Source: Candidatus Micrarchaeota archaeon
GTDB lineage: Archaea > Micrarchaeota > Micrarchaeia > Norongarragalinales > Norongarragalinaceae
Length of the DNA: 34,498 nt
Assembly: GCA_037444485.1 (NCBI GenBank)
Contig: JBBIMI010000009.1
Span: 1 to 34,498, forward strand
Direction: 5' to 3'
The stretch's first letter is position 1, and each line of letters begins with the position of its first letter. A program made the position numbers and the translations under genes. Positions 30,161 to 34,498 of this stretch are shown here, piece after piece. A model generated the notes under the pieces. It was not told the origin of the DNA and did no database searches. It was given only the letters and a program-made list of their open reading frames with translations.

Positions 30161-30628
30161 ATGCTGAGAAAAATCTTGAAGTATTATTCGTGGGCGCATA
30201 AAGCGAAGAGAAGCCAGTCGCTGCGTTCAGTAAACCTAGCTTGGCGAATCAGCGTCATAATCCTAGTCGCGCTAGCCATCTTCCTCGTATACGACTACCT
30301 GCAAGGAAAATACCCTGAAGCAGTCACTTACACGCCTCTCGCTGAAGGTGCGCTTCCTCAAGTCTTCATACTCGGCGAAAAACTGTTCACGTGGTTCTTG
30401 ATAGGCGTGTTCTTCGGAATAATCGCTGTGAGCTTAATCAACGAAGGCGAATACTTTCTCACAATCAGACGCGTCGCGCTTGACGTTGAACGCGAAGCAG
30501 AACGCGCAGTCAAAGAACTCGGCAAGGAAGCCGGGCGCGAAGCGCGCTTGCTCGCGCCACCAGTCTTCAAAAAAGGCGGGCGAAAACGCGTTAAAAAAAA
30601 GATGAAGGTGAAACAAGAAAATGTTTGA
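30161..30628 (+). CDS. Hypothetical membrane protein (2 TM, charged C-terminus)
   Basis: SD-like GAAGGTGGA upstream; two hydrophobic helices. Confidence 0.75.
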   Translation: MLRKILKYYSWAHKAKRSQSLRSVNLAWRISVIILVALAIFLVYDYLQGKYPEAVTYTPLAEGALPQVFILGEKLFTWFLIGVFFGIIAVSLINEGEYFLTIRRVALDVEREAERAVKELGKEAGREARLLAPPVFKKGGRKRVKKKMKVKQENV

Positions 30629-30923
30629 ACCTAAACTCCCGAAAAAAGTTTTTCACTTCAAGAAAAAACAAAAAGCGTTCACGCTCGACTTGGAAGTCGA
30701 AATCCGCGCGCACGCGCGCCGCGTGGCTGCAAGCCGCGCCAGCGAGCGCGAGATAGAGCGCGAGGCTAAACGCGTTCGAAGGCAGCTTGAACGCTTGGGT
30801 TGGGGTGAAGCCGTGCATCCAGTGACGCGAGAACCGTTTCTGGACATCGCGGAAGAGTACTTCAAGCACTTGGTCAAAGAATTCCGCAGGGAACTCGCAA
30901 AGGAATTCAGTGCGCTGCAGTAA
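30621..30923 (+). CDS. Hypothetical soluble helical protein
   Basis: SD AAGGTGA upstream; overlaps the previous stop codon. Confidence 0.7.
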   Translation: MFEPKLPKKVFHFKKKQKAFTLDLEVEIRAHARRVAASRASEREIEREAKRVRRQLERLGWGEAVHPVTREPFLDIAEEYFKHLVKEFRRELAKEFSALQ

Positions 30924-31015
30924 AGCAGCAAACGCGTAAAGCGCGAAACGCATTCAATTCAAAAAAAAGTTTTTAAGCCAAGCTTTTTTAAGTCAACTGG
31001 TTCTTAAAGTAATTC

Positions 31016-31369
31016 ATGTTTGTCGTGTTTGAAGCACTGTTTCCAGTCGCGCTCGCGCTGACAGTCACGCCAGTGTTGCTTCAAAGTTTTTGGGACGCTT
31101 TAGGGCTAGTCACCACCATAATAGTGTTCATTATGTTGTACAAGTTGTTTTACCCTGAAGTCATCGAATCACAATTTATTGCTTTAATAATGGCTACTGT
31201 TATAACCTACTTGCTAGTGATTCCGTTCGAGTGGTTCAAGTACCTCTTGTTCGTCTCTCTATTCATGTACGCTTTCTTCTGGGAATTCAAGCCGTGGGAG
31301 TGGGGAGTACGCGAGAGAACTAGAGAGCCGGTGAGGGGAAAACCTGCAGAGAAAGGCAGGCCGTACTAG
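31016..31369 (+). CDS. Hypothetical membrane protein (3-4 TM)
   Basis: Hydrophobic ORF with C-terminal FWEFKPWEW. Confidence 0.75.
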   Translation: MFVVFEALFPVALALTVTPVLLQSFWDALGLVTTIIVFIMLYKLFYPEVIESQFIALIMATVITYLLVIPFEWFKYLLFVSLFMYAFFWEFKPWEWGVRERTREPVRGKPAEKGRPY

Positions 31370-31385
31370 AAAAGGTTGTTGAAGA

Positions 31386-31679
31386 ATGGATTTCACTTTC
31401 CTCTTCATAATAGTTTTGATGCTAATCGCAGTCAAAAGCAACTTGCCTTGGCTCGCAGGCGGCTTGTTCTTACTCTTGCTCTTCACGTCAAAAAACAAGT
31501 ACTTCTTTCTCGCCGCGTTCGTTGGGCTCGCGTTAATGCTTGCGATAATGTTTGTTCCTTTAGGCGATTACTTTCTGTGGGTGGTGCTTGGAGGGTTGTT
31601 CGTGATTTTAATGCTTTTAGCGCGCAAAGACGTTGAAGAACCCACTCCAAGTTACATGGGCGGGGGCGGTTACGGTTGA
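31386..31679 (+). CDS. Hypothetical membrane protein (two TM hairpins)
   Basis: Almost entirely hydrophobic; its stop overlaps the next start. Confidence 0.75.
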   Translation: MDFTFLFIIVLMLIAVKSNLPWLAGGLFLLLLFTSKNKYFFLAAFVGLALMLAIMFVPLGDYFLWVVLGGLFVILMLLARKDVEEPTPSYMGGGGYG

Positions 31680-32011
31680 ATTGGTTGCTTGCAATAGCTT
31701 TCCTCGCTTTGTTCTGGCTCTTGATGGAATCCGGACAATTGTTTTTCGCTTTCCTGGCGCTCGTAATTTTTTTTCTCGTGCTCGTCGGCGGAGCGCGAGA
31801 AAAAGAAGGACACGCGCACGCTGCCGGCGGTGGAGGCGGGCCGTTGATAGTGCGCACGAAGCCTACAAAGTTTCCTAAAGCAATGAGGATAGCGGTGAAA
31901 CCAAACTGGAGTGGTACTTCAAGCGCGGAAGACTTCGCGACAAGTTTAAGTAGCGTGCTCTTGTTTCCGTTGAAGATGCTTGTAGGGTTTTTCAGGCGGC
32001 GCGTTGACTGA
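31676..32011 (+). CDS. Hypothetical membrane protein, VKPNW[ST]G paralog 1
   Basis: N-terminal TM hairpin, Gly linker, IAVKPNWSG and a C-terminal amphipathic helix. Confidence 0.75.
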   Translation: MNWLLAIAFLALFWLLMESGQLFFAFLALVIFFLVLVGGAREKEGHAHAAGGGGGPLIVRTKPTKFPKAMRIAVKPNWSGTSSAEDFATSLSSVLLFPLKMLVGFFRRRVD

Positions 32012-32111
32012 ACGCAAAACCAACTAAACGCAAACCGTGTTTTAAAACGCTGAGAAAAACGTTTTTTTGAAAACAATGCTTTTTAATAATGGAAGCCATT
32101 ATTTTGTTTTC

Positions 32112-32447
32112 ATGAACTGGTTGATTCCGCTAGTGTTGTTGGCTGCAGCGTACGTCTTGTTCGAAGCTGGACTGGCGTACTTGGCTTTCTTGACTGTGAT
32201 AGCGCTCGTGTTGTTGCTTGCTTTCACTAGCGGGGGACGCGGAACAAGCGCGCGTGGAGCAGGAAACGAACCCACGATTATAGAGTCTGCCGGCGAAGAA
32301 ATTCCTGAGAGATTATTCATTAAAGTAAAACCAAATTGGACTGGCCGGCAGAGTACAGAGTATTTGTTTGAACACCTCGGATACGCTCTCGACAACATAG
32401 GAAGGGGCTTAACCTTCATTTTAACCGGCAGGGCAGGAAAAAAATAA
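32112..32447 (+). CDS. Hypothetical membrane protein, VKPNW[ST]G paralog 2
   Basis: Start at ATG 32112 (MNWLI) gives 111 aa, the same length as paralog 1; contains IKVKPNWTG. Confidence 0.75.
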   Translation: MNWLIPLVLLAAAYVLFEAGLAYLAFLTVIALVLLLAFTSGGRGTSARGAGNEPTIIESAGEEIPERLFIKVKPNWTGRQSTEYLFEHLGYALDNIGRGLTFILTGRAGKK

Positions 32448-32555
32448 AAAAGATTGACTGGCGAAAAAAAGTTTCATTGCGACACTCACGCGTTCATTAC
32501 GCGTTCGTCACTCGTTCACGTTTTTATTACGGCGTTCAAATAAGGTTGAAAAAAA

Positions 32556-32846
32556 ATGCGTTTCAAAATCTCGTTGTTTCTCTTCATCGCAGCTGCAGCT
32601 GCCTTCTTCCTGCAAATAGAATGGTTTTTCCTCACGCTTGCAGTATTCGCCGTGGTTGTCGCAATCGCTGAAGCTAGTTCAACACCGCAAGCTGTCCAAC
32701 GCGAATTAGTTGGCGAAGAGGAAGCGGCGCGTCAAACTAGGCAAGCCCAGCAAGTAGTCATGCTGCAACAGCCTTCCTTAGGCAAAGAGTTTTACGAAGA
32801 GCTTGTTTCAGGAATAGTTAACAGCGTGTTCGGAAAAAACAAATAA
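32556..32846 (+). CDS. Hypothetical membrane protein (TM hairpin + amphipathic C-terminal helix)
   Basis: Same layout as the two preceding ORFs. Confidence 0.72.
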   Translation: MRFKISLFLFIAAAAAFFLQIEWFFLTLAVFAVVVAIAEASSTPQAVQRELVGEEEAARQTRQAQQVVMLQQPSLGKEFYEELVSGIVNSVFGKNK

Positions 32847-32871
32847 CATGGTTTTTTTAAAAGTTTTAATA

Positions 32872-33094
32872 TGTTTGGTTGAGAAATCCCGCGAGTTCAG
32901 TCGCGGGATGAATCAACCCTAATTGTTTCGCTTCAGTTGTTTGCCAGTTTTTTGTAGGGGCTGCGCGGGCTCGTTGGCGTGAGCGACGCGAGCCTTGACG
33001 TCGCGCGTTACGTGCGCGCGGAGATAATGACGCCGCCAGCAAACGCTAACAGCATACTGAAATCCTACGCCTTTAGGTGTAGGTTATTTAAAAA
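32872..33094 (+). mobile_element. Non-coding IS200/IS605-like miniature element / structured RNA, copy B
   Basis: Left hairpin GGTTGA-GAA-ATCCCGCGA-GTTCAG-TCGCGGGAT-GAA-TCAACC; right hairpin CCTACGCC-TTTA-GGTGTAGG; colinear with 19216-19425. Confidence 0.7.
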
Positions 33095-33193
33095 CACCGA
33101 AACCTTTTTAAAGCCACTACTCCATAATTGTTAACACTGAGAAGTGGTTAATATTTAAGAAAAGGGTTTTGATTTTAAGGATGGTGGTCTTGA

Positions 33194-33505
33194 ATGCCGC
33201 TCAGCAACTTTGATAGTTTTACAATCATGGTGTTCGTGCTATTGTTTTCGTTGGCTGCAGTGACGTACGGTGGTGCTTCAAGCATTGCCGAGAATCCTTT
33301 TGTTTGGGGCGCACACTTGTTTTTCAAGCCGGTTAACATCGCGATTGACAGCATTCTTCAAAGTGGTTTTTTCTGGCTAATGCCGGTAGCAATCATTTTC
33401 TTGTTTGTTTACCTCAGGTTTTTAGGAAACTTTTTAGGCGAAGGACTTGCGCAGTACATCACAATCGCGGTAATAATCATGCTTTTTGCGAGTTACGGGT
33501 TGTGA
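33194..33505 (+). CDS. Hypothetical membrane protein (3 TM)
   Basis: SD-like GGTGG upstream; hydrophobic ORF. Confidence 0.72.
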   Translation: MPLSNFDSFTIMVFVLLFSLAAVTYGGASSIAENPFVWGAHLFFKPVNIAIDSILQSGFFWLMPVAIIFLFVYLRFLGNFLGEGLAQYITIAVIIMLFASYGL

Positions 33506-33670
33506 CGTCCTCTCACGGTTAAAGCCGCTCAGGCAAAGTAAACAAACCAGGTTTTCGCCAGGCCCTCAACAGAACTCCCCACTGCGCGGACCACGCAAAC
33601 CACGCAAACCACGCCAACAGCGCTACTACTGCATTCTGCCGAAAGCGCCCTAAAAGAGCGGGTTTTCTCT
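33502..33670 (-). mobile_element. Degenerate IS200/IS605 (IS1341/tnpB-type) remnant
   Basis: The minus strand starts GAGAAAACCCGCTCTTTTAGGGCG and ends CGGCTTTAACCGTGAGAGGACGTCAC, resembling the hairpin + GAGGAYGTCA right end of tnpB elements. Confidence 0.5.
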
Positions 33671-33734
33671 TGGTTTTCGTTTAAAAATTAAAAAAGAAAA
33701 ATTTAGAAAAGAAAAAAATTTAGGTTGAAGGCGA

Positions 33735-34364
33735 TTACTTTAACCGCATTAAAACTTCGCGTTCTGCTTCAAGAATCTTTTTATTGATTTCTTGAAGCGC
33801 TTTAAGTAGTGAAATTGTCTCGTCCAACTTCGCTTTCAAACTCGCTGCTTCAGTCTTCGTCAACGCTGGCTCCGCGCCAGCGCCCGCGCCTTCAGCAGCG
33901 TTTTTCAGCATTTCTTCAATGCTTACTTCTTTTTCCTCGCCGCCTTCAACGCGCGTTATCTTTAGTTCGGGAATCTCGATTTTCTCTTCCGTCTCCGCTT
34001 CTACCGGCTTTTCTTCGACTTCCGCTTCTTCCTTTTCCTCAACTCCGAACAACTCCTTGCCTCCACCACCAAACAATTCCTTGCCTTCGCCTTCTCTCAC
34101 GCCTTCTCCTGCGCCTTCTTCCTTGCCTTTTTCCTCGCCTTCCTCTTCGCCGGCTTCTTCACGTTTTTCGGTTTCTTCGCCTTTTTTTTCGCTTGGCGTT
34201 GGCGCTTGCGGGGCGCTTGGCTTTCCGCCGGTAGTCAAGCCGTATACTTCGTTGACGAGTTTTTCCGCGTTCGTGAAACCGAGTTCAGCCAGGCTGGCTT
34301 TCGCTTCTTCTGCGGAGAGTCCGTCTTCACGCATTTTCTTTATTATTTGACGCACGTCAGCCAT
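33735..34364 (-). CDS. Hypothetical acidic protein (N-terminal helical domain, Glu-rich disordered middle, C-terminal coiled coil)
   Basis: 209-aa ORF with a coherent three-part composition. Confidence 0.75.
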   Translation of the reverse strand: MADVRQIIKKMREDGLSAEEAKASLAELGFTNAEKLVNEVYGLTTGGKPSAPQAPTPSEKKGEETEKREEAGEEEGEEKGKEEGAGEGVREGEGKELFGGGGKELFGVEEKEEAEVEEKPVEAETEEKIEIPELKITRVEGGEEKEVSIEEMLKNAAEGAGAGAEPALTKTEAASLKAKLDETISLLKALQEINKKILEAEREVLMRLK

Positions 34365-34498
34365 TTTTTTTTAATCGTTAAAGGAAAGTGCAAACAAGTT
34401 TTTTAAGTTTTGTGTGAATATATTTTGTGTGAGTATAGTTTGTGGTTTAGGGTGGGGGCTGCGGGGTTGATTCTGAATGCGTGTTTTGCTAGTGGAAA

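Noticed and set aside
34440..34498. Possible fourth IS-like end or ORB box at the window edge
   Set aside because: Only short G-rich similarity, truncated by the window; cannot be evaluated.

Overview
Archaeal chromosomal segment. The gene set and style point to a DPANN archaeon, probably Micrarchaeota-like (inference, not a database result). Housekeeping genes: archaeal-type LeuRS, NMD3, SepF, Orc1/Cdc6, proteasome beta subunit next to aCPSF1/FttA, AK6-type kinase, DUF2070, DUF424, a bacterial-type (class I) GAPDH, a HAD hydrolase, an ABC-2 transporter, an APC permease and a type II/IV secretion ATPase that runs off the left edge. Several features are missing from the ORF track. (1) A tRNA-Asn(GUU) is split by three BHB introns (19014-19193). 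(2) A ~210-220 bp structured non-coding element occurs twice (19216-19425 and 32872-33094) with IS200/IS605-like terminal hairpins, and a third, more degenerate element lies at 33502-33670. (3) A 39-aa ultra-acidic microprotein has a strong SD site. (4) An MNT-HEPN toxin-antitoxin pair is broken in both genes. (5) Short tandem duplications are pervasive. The right end (28.5-33.5 kb) holds a co-oriented cluster of 11 small uncharacterised ORFs, 10 of them membrane proteins, including apparent paralog sets; it may encode an undescribed membrane complex.
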